A stretch of 40,046 nucleotides of DNA from Burkholderiales bacterium (lineage in GTDB: Bacteria > Pseudomonadota > Gammaproteobacteria > Burkholderiales > SG8-39), in the NCBI GenBank assembly GCA_035554335.1, contig DATMIG010000191.1, positions 1-40,046 on the forward strand. Direction: 5' to 3'. The position numbers and the translations under genes are program-made. Below are positions 9,746-19,539 of this stretch, piece by piece (position 1 is the first letter of the stretch; each line of letters starts with the position of its first letter). The notes under the pieces were generated by a model that searched no databases, was not told the origin of the DNA, and was given only the letters and a program-made list of their open reading frames with translations.

Positions 9746-10746
9746 GGCGCTTCCTGCTCGCGGCGCTCATTGCGCCGCTCATCGCCCACGCGCAGCCCGC
9801 CGCTGAACCGGCGCCCGCGCCGCCGCCCGCGCCTCAGCCCTACGGCCAGCGGCCGCAGGTGCAGGCCTTCATCGCCGACCTCGTTCAGCGCCACGGCTTC
9901 GCCGAGCAGGAGCTGCAGGCGCTCTTTGCGAAGGTGCAGCCGGTCGACGGCGTGATGCAGCTGATGGTCCCGGCCGAGCGTCCGCCGTGGGAACAGTACC
10001 GGGCGATGTTCGTGAACGAGGCTCGCATCGAGGGCGGGCTTGCGTTCTGGAAGGCGCACCGCCGCTCGCTGGCGCGCGCGCAGCGCGAGTATGGCGTGCC
10101 GGCGCAGTACATCGTCGCCATCATCGGCGTCGAGACCTATTACGGGAAGAACATGGGGCGCTGGCGGGTGATCGACGCGTTGTCGACGCTGGCCTTCGAC
10201 TACCCGGCGCGCTCGGCGTTCTTCAAGGGCGAGCTCGAGCAGTACCTGCTGCTCGCGCGCGAGGAAGGCCTCGACGTCTTCGCGCTGCGCGGCTCGTTCG
10301 CCGGCGCGATCGGCATCCCGCAGTTCATGCCGGGCAGCCTGCGACGCTATGGCGTGGACTTCGACAAGAACGGCACGATCGACCTGCGCGGCTCGCCCGC
10401 CGACGCGATCGGCAGCGTCGGCAACTTCCTCAAGAACCATGGCTGGCGCAAGGGCGAGGCGGTGATCTATCGCGCGAAAGTGAAACGCGAAGAGGGGCTG
10501 AAGTACGTCGACGGCTCGGTCACGCCGAAGGTGCCGCTGAAGGAGCTGCTCTCCGCCGGTATCGAGCTCCATCCCAAGCCGCGGTCGACCGACGCGCTCG
10601 GTGTGCTGGTCGCGCTCGGCGACGAGCACCGTGTCGGGCTCAACAATTTCTGGGTGATCACGCGCTACAACCGCAGCGCTTTCTATGCGACGGTGGTAGC
10701 GGACCTGGGCGCCGCGCTCGCCGCGCGTCAGAGGGCCGGCAAATAG
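9742..10746 (+). CDS. mltB: Lytic murein transglycosylase B
   Basis: 334 aa from ATG 9742 (ATGA overlap with the tgpA stop). It has signal peptide MRRFLLAALIAPLIAHA and motifs IIGVETYYG, AGAIGIPQFMPGS, DFDKNGTIDL. Confidence 0.9.
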   Translation: MRRFLLAALIAPLIAHAQPAAEPAPAPPPAPQPYGQRPQVQAFIADLVQRHGFAEQELQALFAKVQPVDGVMQLMVPAERPPWEQYRAMFVNEARIEGGLAFWKAHRRSLARAQREYGVPAQYIVAIIGVETYYGKNMGRWRVIDALSTLAFDYPARSAFFKGELEQYLLLAREEGLDVFALRGSFAGAIGIPQFMPGSLRRYGVDFDKNGTIDLRGSPADAIGSVGNFLKNHGWRKGEAVIYRAKVKREEGLKYVDGSVTPKVPLKELLSAGIELHPKPRSTDALGVLVALGDEHRVGLNNFWVITRYNRSAFYATVVADLGAALAARQRAGK

Positions 10747-11540
10747 CGCAGCGGATCGACCGCCGCCGAGCCCTTGCGGATCTGGAAGTGCAGCTTCGGC
10801 CGGTCGGAGTCGGACGAGCCGAGCTCGGCAATCTTCTGGCCGCGCGCGACCGACTGCTGCTCCTTCACGAGGATGTCACGGTTGTGCGCGTAGACGGTGA
10901 TGAAGCCGTTGTCGTGCTTGATGACGACGAGCTTGCCCAGCCCCGGAATGCCGTTGCCCGTATAGGTGACGCGGCCGGCCGCCGCGGCGACGATCGGCTC
11001 GCCGGGCTTGCCGTCGATGTCGATTCCCTTCGAACGCGGCTCGGCGAAGCCGGACAGGATCCTTCCCTTCACCGGCCACATGAACTCACCGACATCCTTC
11101 GTCGCCGCCACCGGCGGCACCGGCGTGGGGGCCGGAGCGGCCGGCACCGGGGGGAGCGGCTTCGCAACTGGTGGTGTATCGAGCGGCCGGGACTCGACGC
11201 CGCGGGAGGCGATCCTGCCGACCACCGGCGCGCCGGGCGGCGGCTCGGGCGGCTTGACGCGCAGCACCTGGCCGGCGCGGATCTTCGTCGGGTCGTCCAG
11301 GTTGTTCCATTGCGCGACCTCGCGATAGTCGGCGCCGTTCTCGAGCGCGATGCTATAGAGCGTGTCGCCCTTCTTCACCAAGTAATGGCCCTCCGGCACC
11401 ACCGGCGTCGGAGCGGCGGGCGCAGCGGGGGCCGCGACCGTCGGCCGGGCCGCGGCGCCCGAGCGGTCCACGACCGGAGCCGGCTTGTGCGGCGAGGCGC
11501 AGCCGGCGAGGAGAAGCACGACGATCGCACACCGCCTCAT
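10728..11540 (-). CDS. nlpD: NlpD-type LysM/M23 murein-hydrolase-activator lipoprotein
   Basis: 270 aa with lipobox LLLAGC and a LysM domain ([29 protein letters not shown]). A Pro-rich linker precedes the M23 domain ([22 protein letters not shown]...[16 protein letters not shown]...LHFQIR). It follows surE-pcm. Confidence 0.9.
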   Translation of the reverse strand: MRRCAIVVLLLAGCASPHKPAPVVDRSGAAARPTVAAPAAPAAPTPVVPEGHYLVKKGDTLYSIALENGADYREVAQWNNLDDPTKIRAGQVLRVKPPEPPPGAPVVGRIASRGVESRPLDTPPVAKPLPPVPAAPAPTPVPPVAATKDVGEFMWPVKGRILSGFAEPRSKGIDIDGKPGEPIVAAAAGRVTYTGNGIPGLGKLVVIKHDNGFITVYAHNRDILVKEQQSVARGQKIAELGSSDSDRPKLHFQIRKGSAAVDPLRYLPAL

Positions 11541-12172
11541 GCCTTGCCCGCCTTCATCGGCACGAAACGCACCGGATCAAGCTCGGTCTCCACATATGCA
11601 CGGCCGTTTCGCTCGATCAGCACGAGGCGCTGTCCTGTTTTGCCGTCGGACACGGGCAATATCATTCTGCCACCGGGCGCGAGCTGGCGTAGCAGCGCCT
11701 CCGGGATGGTGGGCGCGGCGGCCGCCACGATGATCGACTGGAAAGGCGCCGCCTGCTCGAGCCCGGCATAGCCGTCGCCATGGGCGAGGCGCAGGTTCGC
11801 GAGGCGCAGGCCGAGCAAGTTGCGGCGCGCGCGCTCGAGGAGCGCCTTGATGCGCTCGATCGAGTAGACCTCGGGAAAGATGGCCGCCAGCACCGCCGCC
11901 TGGTAGCCGCAGCCGGTGCCGATCTCGAGCGCCTTGCCGGGCGTTCTGCCCTCCAGGAGGAGCTCGATCATCCGCGCCACGACGTAAGGCTGCGAGATGG
12001 TCTGCGAGAAGCCGATCGGCAGCGCGGTGTCCTCGTAGGCGCGGCTGGCGAGCGCTTCCTCGACGAAGGCGTGGCGCGGCACCGAGCCGAGCGCGGCGAG
12101 CACGCGCTCGTCGCGGATGCCCTTGGCGCGCAGCCGCTCGACCATGCGCCCGCGGGTGCGCGAGCTGGTCAT
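11537..12172 (-). CDS. pcm: Protein-L-isoaspartate O-methyltransferase
   Basis: Motifs [11 protein letters not shown] and the SAM motif [16 protein letters not shown]. The start is set at ATG 12172 ([19 protein letters not shown]) by collinearity with E. coli Pcm; the ORF opens at 12208. The stop overlaps the nlpD ATG (ATGA). Confidence 0.9.
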   Translation of the reverse strand: MTSSRTRGRMVERLRAKGIRDERVLAALGSVPRHAFVEEALASRAYEDTALPIGFSQTISQPYVVARMIELLLEGRTPGKALEIGTGCGYQAAVLAAIFPEVYSIERIKALLERARRNLLGLRLANLRLAHGDGYAGLEQAAPFQSIIVAAAAPTIPEALLRQLAPGGRMILPVSDGKTGQRLVLIERNGRAYVETELDPVRFVPMKAGKA

Positions 12173-12192
12173 GCCTATTCCCGGCGCCGGAT

Positions 12193-12936
12193 TCAGAGCG
12201 CCAGCCATTCCCTGGCGCGCGGCAGTTGAGACGAGTGCGTGAGATCCATGCGAAGCGGCGTCACCGAGACGCGCTGGTTCTCGACGGCGTGGAAGTCGGT
12301 GCCCGGCCCGGCGTCGGCGGCGCCGCCAGCCGGACCGATCCAGTACGCGTCCTCGCCGCGCGGCGTGCGCAGCTTGATCACCGGCTCGGCCTTGTGCCGC
12401 TTGCCCAGGCGCGTCACCTCGATGCCGCGCAGGCGCTCCGGCGCGATATCGGGCACATTCACGTTCAGGAGCACCGGCTCGCCGAACGGCGCGTGCGCGA
12501 GGCGCTCGGCCATCTTGAGCGCTACCTGGATGGCGGAGTCGAAATGCTGGCCGGCCTTGCTGGTGAGCGAGACGGCGAGCGAGGGGATGCCGAGCAGGTA
12601 CCCTTCGACCGCCGCCGCCACGGTGCCGGAATAGATGGTGTCGTCGCCCATGTTGGCGCCGAGATTGACCCCCGAGATGACCATGTCGGGCGTGAAGTCG
12701 AGCAGCCCGGTGACGGCGATGTGCACGCAGTCGGTGGGCGTGCCGTTGACGGAGTAGTAGCCGTTGGGCGCCCGGCGCACGATGAGCGGGCGGTCGAGCG
12801 TCAGCGAGTTCGACGCCCCGGAGCGGTCGCGCTCCGGCGCGACCACCGTGACCTCGCCCAGCCGGCGCAGCGCTTCGGCGAGGAGCGTGATCCCCGGGGC
12901 GAAGTAGCCGTCGTCGTTGGAAACGAGAATTTTCAC
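12193..12936 (-). CDS. surE: 5'/3'-nucleotidase SurE
   Basis: GTG 12936 gives (M)[15 protein letters not shown], the canonical SurE N-terminus. The track start at 12984 is an extension. Confidence 0.9.
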   Translation of the reverse strand: MKILVSNDDGYFAPGITLLAEALRRLGEVTVVAPERDRSGASNSLTLDRPLIVRRAPNGYYSVNGTPTDCVHIAVTGLLDFTPDMVISGVNLGANMGDDTIYSGTVAAAVEGYLLGIPSLAVSLTSKAGQHFDSAIQVALKMAERLAHAPFGEPVLLNVNVPDIAPERLRGIEVTRLGKRHKAEPVIKLRTPRGEDAYWIGPAGGAADAGPGTDFHAVENQRVSVTPLRMDLTHSSQLPRAREWLAL

Positions 12937-12975
12937 GCGAACGATTCTACAGTCCGGAACGAATTGAACAGGTTG

Positions 12976-14724
12976 ATGCGCCACTATCTAACCGGCGTGC
13001 GTGCGGCGCTCTTCACGCTGGGACTCTTCTGCCACGGCGCCTTCGCCGCCGGTCTCACATACAACGTCGAGATCGACGCGCCGAAGGAGCTGAAGGGGCG
13101 CCTGCAGAAGGGCCTCAACATCGTGCGCTGGAAGAACGACCCCGAGATGAACACCGAGCGGCTGAAGCGCCTGGTCGACGAGGCGGTGCGCGAGTCGAAG
13201 GAAGCCGCCGCCACCGAGGGCTACTTCTCGGCCGAGGTGACGTCGGACGTGGATTCGTCCGCCGAGCCGTGGACGGTGCGCATCCGCATCGCGCCGGGCG
13301 AGCGCACGAAGGTGGACCACGTCGAGATCCGCTTCCTCGGCCCGGGGGCGACCGACGGCGAGGCGCGCCCGACGCGCGAGCGCGTGCAGGAAGGCTGGAG
13401 CCTGCGCAAGGGCGAGCCCTTCCGCCAGGAAGACTGGAACGACGCGAAGCGCCGCGCGGTGCGCACGCTCTCCGGCTGGCGCTACGCGGCGGCCGACATC
13501 GCGAAGAGCGAGGCCGACATCGACCCGGAGGGCCGCAAGGCCTCGCTGCTGGTCGAGCTGCAGAGCGGACCGCGGTTCCGGTTCGGCGAGCTGCATGTCA
13601 GCGGCACCAAGCGTTATTCCGACGCGCTGGTCGAGAACCTGGCGCCGATGAGGCCCGGCGAGACCTACGACCGCGACAAAGTCACCCTCTATACGCGCCG
13701 GCTGCTCGAATCGGGCTACTTCGCGAGCGTGCAGGCCGAGGTCGACTCGCAGACCTCCGCCGCCGAGGCGACGCCACTGCGCGTGGCCGTGATCGAGGCG
13801 CCCCAGCATCACTTCGAATCGGGCATCGGCTACAACACCGACGTCGGCCCCAAGCTCGAGGCGCGCTACACGAACCAGGACGTGTTCTCGCGCGCCTGGC
13901 GCTTCGGCTCGCAGCTCAACATCGACGAGAAGATCAAGAACCTGGCGGTCAACCTCGACACGCCGCCGCGGCCGGGCGGCGTGTGGAACAGCTTCTTCGC
14001 CCGCGCGCGCGAGGAGGACATCCAGAACGAGCTGACGCGCGAGCAGTCCTTCGGCCACATCTACAACATCGGCGCGAGCGCCGCGCCGACCAGCCTCATC
14101 AGCTCCGTGCACTTCGACGAAAGCCACATCGTCGGCGGCGCGGCCGACGACCGCCACGCCGTCTACTTCGGCGTGAAGAAGGCGTTCCGCAGGACCGACG
14201 AGCTGGTCTCGCCGCGCGAGGGCTACTACGCCACCGCGGAGATCGGCGGCTCGCCCGAGCAGCTTTCCACCCGCTCGTTCCTTCGCGGGGTCGTCACCGG
14301 CTCGCTCTTCTTCCCGGTGCAGCGCAACGGCGACCTCCTGTTCCGCGGCCAGGCCGGCCTCGTCGGCTCGAGCGCGCGCCAGGGCATTCCGGGCACCTTC
14401 CTCTTCCGCACCGGCGGCGACCAGACGATCCGCGGCTACGCGTTCGAGAGCATCGGCGTCGAGCAGGACGGCGCCATCGTCGGCGGCCGGCGGCTGCTCA
14501 TCGGCAGCATCGAATACACGCAGTGGATCGGCGAAGGCTGGGGCCTCGCCACCTTCGTCGATTCGGGCAGCGCCTGGGACAGCGGCGCGAACACCACCGT
14601 CGCCACCGGCTACGGCGTCGGCGTGCGGGTGCGCACGCCGATCGGCCCGATCCGCGCCGACCTCGCGTATGGCGCGCTGAACAGCGACTGGCGCATCCAT
14701 TTTTCCGTGGGATACGGCTTCTGA
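12976..14724 (+). CDS. tamA: Translocation and assembly module outer-membrane protein TamA (Omp85 family)
   Basis: 582 aa from ATG 12976, with a signal peptide and POTRA-like repeats. The Omp85 barrel ends in [12 protein letters not shown] (terminal Phe). It is followed by a TamB-type gene. The track start at 12226 is a shadow extension over surE. Confidence 0.9.
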   Translation: MRHYLTGVRAALFTLGLFCHGAFAAGLTYNVEIDAPKELKGRLQKGLNIVRWKNDPEMNTERLKRLVDEAVRESKEAAATEGYFSAEVTSDVDSSAEPWTVRIRIAPGERTKVDHVEIRFLGPGATDGEARPTRERVQEGWSLRKGEPFRQEDWNDAKRRAVRTLSGWRYAAADIAKSEADIDPEGRKASLLVELQSGPRFRFGELHVSGTKRYSDALVENLAPMRPGETYDRDKVTLYTRRLLESGYFASVQAEVDSQTSAAEATPLRVAVIEAPQHHFESGIGYNTDVGPKLEARYTNQDVFSRAWRFGSQLNIDEKIKNLAVNLDTPPRPGGVWNSFFARAREEDIQNELTREQSFGHIYNIGASAAPTSLISSVHFDESHIVGGAADDRHAVYFGVKKAFRRTDELVSPREGYYATAEIGGSPEQLSTRSFLRGVVTGSLFFPVQRNGDLLFRGQAGLVGSSARQGIPGTFLFRTGGDQTIRGYAFESIGVEQDGAIVGGRRLLIGSIEYTQWIGEGWGLATFVDSGSAWDSGANTTVATGYGVGVRVRTPIGPIRADLAYGALNSDWRIHFSVGYGF

Positions 14725-14756
14725 GGGCGCGTCCGTTCCTCTGGGCCGGCGGCGGG

Positions 14757-17700
14757 GTGGCCCTCCTCCTCGCGGCGGCGGTCGGCTTCATCTGCTGGCT
14801 CTTCGCCACGGAGCCCGGCCTGCAGTGGGCGCTTCGCCAGGCCGAGCAGCGCTCGGGCGGCAAGCTCGCCTTCGAGGGCGTGCGCGGCACGCTGGCGAAC
14901 ATCGTCGAGATCGAGCGCGTGCGCTTCGACTCCGGCGGCACGGTGGTCGAGGCGCGCGGCGTCGCCGGCCACGGTCACCTCGCTGCGGCGCTCGGCGGGC
15001 GGCTCGTCGTCGAGCCGCTTCGCATCGCTTCGCTCGACATCGCGATGACTCCGGACGACAAGCCCACGCCGGCGTCGCCGGTTGCGCTTCCGTTCGGCAT
15101 CCGGCTGGGCGAGCTGCAGCTCGACCGGCTGCACATCCAGCTGCCCGGCGCCACGTACGAATTCGCCAACCTGCGCTTCGACCATGTCGGCCTGAATGCG
15201 CCCTCCGGCGTCTCGGCGCAGGGCAGCTTCGAGTTCCAGCACGACCAATATCCCGTCGCCGCGAGCCTCACGCTCGGCGGCACGCTGGAGGAGCTGAATC
15301 TCCACCTGAAGGGCACGGCCGCCGGCATTCCCGCCGACGTGCGCGGCCTGGTGACGCCTTCGCGCCCGCAGAAGGTGAAATCCGCCGAGGTGCGCGCCGG
15401 GCCGCTCGACCTCGCGCAGCTGAATGCCGAGCTGCCGCATGCCGAGCTCGAGCTTGCGCTGCGCGCCACGGGGACGGCGAAAGGCTTCGCCGGCACGCTC
15501 GAGGCGACGAACAAGACCGCCGGCCCGCTCGACCGCCAGCGTCTGCCGCTCGCCAGGGCGCAGACCACGTTCAGCACTGACCTGCAGTCTTTCGAGCTCG
15601 AGAAATTGCAAGTCATGCTCGCGGGCGGCGGCACGCTCGAAGGCCGCGGCGTCGCGTCGGCATCCGGCTTCGAAGGTGAGGTGAAAGCGAGCCGGCTCAA
15701 CCTGCGCGGCCTGCGCTCGGACCTGCGCGAGACGGCGCTCTCGGGACCGCTCGAGCTCTCGCTCGGGCGCGAGGTGCAGACGGTGCGCGGCACGCTGTCG
15801 CAGCCGGGCATGAGCGTGACCGCGGAGGTGGCGAGAAAAGGCGACGACATCGATATCCGGCGCCTGCACGCCGCGGCCGAAGGCGGCGAGGTCAGCGGCA
15901 GCGGCAAAGTCCGGCTGGGCGAGCCGATCGGATTTGACGCGAAGCTCGCGCTGTCGGGTTTCAATCCGGCGGCCTTCGGCGACTATCCAGCCGCGGCCAT
16001 CAGCGGCACGGTCGCTGGCAAAGGCAATTATGGCAAAGACATCCGCGCCGACGTCGAATGGTCGCTCGCGGACAGCAACCTGTACGGCGAACCCCTCCAC
16101 ACGAATGGCAAGGCACGCGTCGCCGGCAAGCGTGTGCTGGACGCGAACGCGGACGCGACGCTCGCCGACACGCACGCCACGATACGCGGCGCGTTCGGCG
16201 GCGCGGGCGACCGCCTGGCGTGGACGCTGGAAGCGCCGAAGCTCGAAGAGCACGTGGAAGGCATGAGCGGCCGCCTGAAGGCGAGCGGCAGCCTGGGCGG
16301 CACGTGGGAAAACCCGTCGCTCGTCCTCGAGGCGCAGGGCGAGGAGCTCGAGTTTCCGCACGGGCTCAAGGCATCGCGCGCGAACGCGGAGTTTGCCGGC
16401 ACCGCGACGCGCCATGCCGCGCAGATCCTGCTGCGCGTCGAGGGCACGGACATCCAGGCGCGCCTCGCCGGCAGCTTCAAGGGCGGCCAATGGACCGGCG
16501 ACATCCTCGCGCTCGAAGGCAACGGACGCGTGCCCTTCGTCCTGCGCGCGCCGGCGCCGCTCAAGGCGTCGCGCCAGCGCGTCGAGCTCGGCTATGTCGC
16601 GGCATCGGTGGGCGACGGCCGCCTGCTCGTCAAGGAGCTCTTGTGGTCGAAGGAGCGCGTCGCCTCGGTGGGCGAGTTCAGCGGCCTGCCCGCACAATGG
16701 CTCATCACCGCGCTCGGCCAGAGCGCACACTTGCGCTCCACGCTGCTCCTCGACGGCCAGTGGGAGATCGCCGCCGCGCCGACATTGAGCGGCACGCTGA
16801 GCGTGCGCCGCACCGCGGGGGACCTCACCATCGTCGGCGAGAACGAGCTCGAGCTCGGTCTGCAGGGCATCTCGCTCGATGCCCGCTTCGCCGCCGCGGG
16901 CGTCGGCGTGCGTCTCGACGTGGCCTCGAGCTATGCCAGCGGCACGCTTGCCGGCCAGATCGGCCGCGACCCCGACGCGGGCGCGCTCACGCTCGGCAAG
17001 AACTCCCCGCTCTCGGCGCAGGGGCAGATCGAGCTCGCGCACGCGAAGCTCGTCGCCGAGCCGTTTCTCGCCGACAGCCGCTTCGACGGCCGCATCGGCG
17101 CCGACGTCGAAATCAGCGGCACCCTCGCCGATCCGGTGTTCGCCGGAGCGCTGCGCGGCGATGCGATCGCCTTCGACTATCCGCCGCTCGGCATCTACCT
17201 CAAGAACGGCCAGTTCCGCGCGCGGCTCGCCGGCGATGCGTTGCAGGTCGAAAGCCTGAGCATCCAGGCGGGCAGCGGCACGTTCACCGCGAGCGGCACG
17301 CTGCCGCTGCGGCTGGCCGAGGGCAGCAACGCCCGCCTCACCTGGCAGGCGCGCCACTTCGCTCTCCTCGAGCGGCCCGACATGCGCATCATCACTTCGG
17401 GCGAAGGCGATGCCACCTTCGACGGGCAAAGGCTCGCCTTCTCGGGCGAGCTGCGCGTGGAGCGCGGGCACATCCAGTACGACACGCAGCGCGTGCCGAA
17501 GCTCGGCGACGACGTGGTGGTCGCCGGCGAGAAGCGCCCCACGGCGCGGGCGCGCTCCGCCCTGCCGGTGGACCTCAACCTCGACCTCGACCTCGGCTCG
17601 AACCTCACCATCGCCATGCAGGGCCTGGAAGGCAAGCTCGGCGGACGCGTGAATGTGTCGACGACGAAGGAAGGCGAGCTTCGCCTCTACGGCCGGCTGC

Positions 17701-18275
17701 AGACGCTGAACGCGACCTTCTACGCGTACGGCCAGAAGCTGCAGGTCGACCCGGGCATCGTCATCTTCGACGGCCCGCCCGACAACCCGGCGCTGCAGAT
17801 CACCGCCTGGCGCCGCAACCAGGCCGTCGAGGCCGGCGTGCAGATCAGCGGCACGGTGCGCGCCCCGCGTGTCCAGCTCGTGTCGCAACCACCGGTCTCG
17901 GAAGGCGAACGCCTGTCGTGGCTGGTTCTCGGGCGAGCACCCACTGACGCTACAAAGGCCGATCTCGGCCTGTTGCAGGCCGCGGCGGGTGCGCTTCTGT
18001 CGCGCGGCGACTCCCTGCCGCTCGACCGACGCATCGCGCGCAGCTTCGGCCTGGACGAAATCAGCTTCCGCGGCTCGGGCCAGACGCAGGACAGCGTCGT
18101 GGCCGTCGGCAAGCGCTTCTCCGACAAGCTCTATCTCAGCTACGAGCAGGGCATCGGTACGGTGGCCTCCAGCCTGGTGAAGCTCGACTACGCCCTGTCG
18201 CGGCGCTGGTCGGCGCGGATCGAGACCGGCACCTCGACCGGCGGCGGCATCTTCTATCGCTTCTCGTGGGACTAG
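14757..18275 (+). CDS. tamB: Translocation and assembly module inner-membrane protein TamB (DUF490)
   Basis: About 1172 aa. It has an N-terminal signal anchor (ALLLAAAVGFICWLFA), a long beta-rich body, and a DUF490-type C-terminus (VAVGKRFSDKLYLSYEQGIG...IETGTSTGGGIFYRFSWD). The start is uncertain; see the finding on this gene. Confidence 0.85.
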   Translation: MALLLAAAVGFICWLFATEPGLQWALRQAEQRSGGKLAFEGVRGTLANIVEIERVRFDSGGTVVEARGVAGHGHLAAALGGRLVVEPLRIASLDIAMTPDDKPTPASPVALPFGIRLGELQLDRLHIQLPGATYEFANLRFDHVGLNAPSGVSAQGSFEFQHDQYPVAASLTLGGTLEELNLHLKGTAAGIPADVRGLVTPSRPQKVKSAEVRAGPLDLAQLNAELPHAELELALRATGTAKGFAGTLEATNKTAGPLDRQRLPLARAQTTFSTDLQSFELEKLQVMLAGGGTLEGRGVASASGFEGEVKASRLNLRGLRSDLRETALSGPLELSLGREVQTVRGTLSQPGMSVTAEVARKGDDIDIRRLHAAAEGGEVSGSGKVRLGEPIGFDAKLALSGFNPAAFGDYPAAAISGTVAGKGNYGKDIRADVEWSLADSNLYGEPLHTNGKARVAGKRVLDANADATLADTHATIRGAFGGAGDRLAWTLEAPKLEEHVEGMSGRLKASGSLGGTWENPSLVLEAQGEELEFPHGLKASRANAEFAGTATRHAAQILLRVEGTDIQARLAGSFKGGQWTGDILALEGNGRVPFVLRAPAPLKASRQRVELGYVAASVGDGRLLVKELLWSKERVASVGEFSGLPAQWLITALGQSAHLRSTLLLDGQWEIAAAPTLSGTLSVRRTAGDLTIVGENELELGLQGISLDARFAAAGVGVRLDVASSYASGTLAGQIGRDPDAGALTLGKNSPLSAQGQIELAHAKLVAEPFLADSRFDGRIGADVEISGTLADPVFAGALRGDAIAFDYPPLGIYLKNGQFRARLAGDALQVESLSIQAGSGTFTASGTLPLRLAEGSNARLTWQARHFALLERPDMRIITSGEGDATFDGQRLAFSGELRVERGHIQYDTQRVPKLGDDVVVAGEKRPTARARSALPVDLNLDLDLGSNLTIAMQGLEGKLGGRVNVSTTKEGELRLYGRLQTLNATFYAYGQKLQVDPGIVIFDGPPDNPALQITAWRRNQAVEAGVQISGTVRAPRVQLVSQPPVSEGERLSWLVLGRAPTDATKADLGLLQAAAGALLSRGDSLPLDRRIARSFGLDEISFRGSGQTQDSVVAVGKRFSDKLYLSYEQGIGTVASSLVKLDYALSRRWSARIETGTSTGGGIFYRFSWD

Positions 18276-18288
18276 TCCGGTCGGACTA
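18273..18288. promoter_or_regulatory. Perfect palindrome TAGTCC-GGTC-GGACTA upstream of RNA gene A (candidate operator)
   Basis: 16-bp inverted repeat that overlaps the tamB stop codon. The same half-sites recur at 19476..19491 upstream of RNA gene B. Confidence 0.4.
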
Positions 18289-18357
18289 TGAAAAAAGCGC
18301 GGCGCAAGTCGGATGGGACATAGCGGCGGACCGGGATCCGTCGCATGATGCTGACCT

Positions 18358-18541
18358 GTGTAGGACGTCACCTACACGGGACTGGATGAGCGGCCATCAC
18401 GAAGTTACCAGTGCCGTCCGAGAGACCGACTCGAAGGTGGAGCCGGTCCACGGTAGCGCCAAACTCTGTGTAGTCGCCGTCTGATTCGCCAAAGCAGTGG
18501 CAGCACCGGAGGGCACGTCTAGCGGACGCGCCCTCTTTTTT
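18358..18541 (+). ncRNA. Candidate small RNA, copy A of a paralogous pair (family not recognised)
   Basis: It opens with a 5' hairpin, GTGTAGG (18358..18364) pairing with CCTACAC (18371..18377). It ends in an intrinsic terminator, GAGGGCACG (18509..18517) pairing with CGCGCCCTC (18527..18535), plus T6. It aligns end to end with 19540..19727. No + strand gene lies downstream. A -10-like CATGAT sits at 18344..18349. Confidence 0.6.
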
Positions 18542-18622
18542 CGTCCACCGCTGTTAGGAATTGTGCAGGAGCGCGGGCGCGCGCGATATCGCCGCACGCC
18601 GCGTCATATTGTCGCCGCCCGT

Positions 18623-18835
18623 TTACAGCTTGCGGCTGAACGGTCCGCTCGCCACCAGGTCGAGCGCCTTCATGTAAATGCGGGTCGGCGGCTTGCCGCG
18701 GCCCTTCAACCAGTGCGCGATTTCTTCTTCCGAGGCGCCGAGGTATTCGGCCAGCTGCCGCAGGCTGCCGATGGTGGAAAGCGCCAGAGCCAGAGTACGG
18801 GTCACCGAGTTCTCTACCGCAGCCTGCATGGGCAT
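18623..18835 (-). CDS. Small putative HTH DNA-binding protein (70 aa)
   Basis: From ATG 18835: MPMQAAVENSVTRTLALALSTIGSLRQLAEYLGASEEEIAHWLKGRGKPPTRIYMKALDLVASGPFSRKL. The segment SLRQLAEYLGASEEEIAHWLKG looks like a helix-turn-helix. The ORF opens at 18907, and the family is not recognised. Confidence 0.5.
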   Translation of the reverse strand: MPMQAAVENSVTRTLALALSTIGSLRQLAEYLGASEEEIAHWLKGRGKPPTRIYMKALDLVASGPFSRKL

Positions 18836-18978
18836 CACCTTGCAGGGGATTAGAAAGTCTCGGCGCCCCCGCCGCAGTGACCGATTGCCCTCCAGACTGT
18901 GCGCCATTGCCGCCTCGGCGGAAGGCGCTGCTCGTCACATCGGTGTCATGGCCGAGTCGCAAATCGACCCGGGTTCCT

Positions 18979-19413
18979 TCAGGCGGCGTTCAGGGCTTTA
19001 TCGTCGTGGTCGATGCCGGCGGCCGCGTACAGGCGCTCCTGCGAGCGCAGGACCCGCTCGACGAGCTCGATGAGGCGCGGCGCGAGGAAAGGCTTCACCA
19101 GGCAGGCCGAGCCGAGCGCCTCGGCGTGGCTGCGCAGGTCGGAGCGGCCGGTCATGAAGATCACCGGCACCCAGGGCATCGCGGAGTCGGCGATCAGCGC
19201 GGAGACGAAGTCCAGGCCGCTCACGTACGGCATGTGCGCGTCGACGATCATCAGGTCGGGCTTCTCGTCGCGCACGCGCTGCGCGGCGCGGCGTGCGCTC
19301 TCGGCGAGGACCACGCGGTAGCCGGCGTCCTCGAGCTGGAGCCTCAGGAGCTCGCGAATCGGCTGCTCGTCGTCGACGACAAGGATGGTGCGGTGGCGGC
19401 TCTGTTCTTTCAT
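18979..19413 (-). CDS. Orphan single-domain response regulator (REC only)
   Basis: 144 aa with acidic pocket VVDDE, phospho-acceptor D in LMIVDAHMP, T in FMTG, and K in LVKPF. A strong SD (GAGGAGGAGG) lies upstream. There is no output domain and no histidine kinase gene in the window. Confidence 0.85.
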   Translation of the reverse strand: MKEQSRHRTILVVDDEQPIRELLRLQLEDAGYRVVLAESARRAAQRVRDEKPDLMIVDAHMPYVSGLDFVSALIADSAMPWVPVIFMTGRSDLRSHAEALGSACLVKPFLAPRLIELVERVLRSQERLYAAAGIDHDDKALNAA

Positions 19414-19475
19414 GGTTTGCCTCCTCCTCGGGCGAGATTCTCGTCCCGCGGGGCTTCCCGACGGCAGGGACCGGC

Positions 19476-19491
19476 TAGTCCTGACGGACTA
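19476..19491. promoter_or_regulatory. Perfect palindrome TAGTCC-TGAC-GGACTA upstream of RNA gene B (candidate operator)
   Basis: Same half-sites as 18273..18288, located in the response regulator / RNA B intergenic region. Confidence 0.4.
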
Positions 19492-19539
19492 ACGGGTAAA
19501 ACCGACAGAGCACGAGGCGAGCGTCGTACGATACCGACC

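Noticed and set aside
18358-18430. Resemblance to the guanidine-I (ykkC) riboswitch core: ACACGGGA and CCGAGAG strings are present.
   Set aside because: The order of the motifs is the reverse of what I remember for ykkC. No downstream gene lies on the same strand, and the element ends in a constitutive-looking terminator.
18386-18484. A 32-aa + strand ORF (MSGHHEVTSAVRETDSKVEPVHGSAKLCVVAV) inside RNA copy A.
   Set aside because: Copy B has a 1-nt indel and an in-frame stop in the corresponding region, so the reading frame is not conserved between the paralogs.
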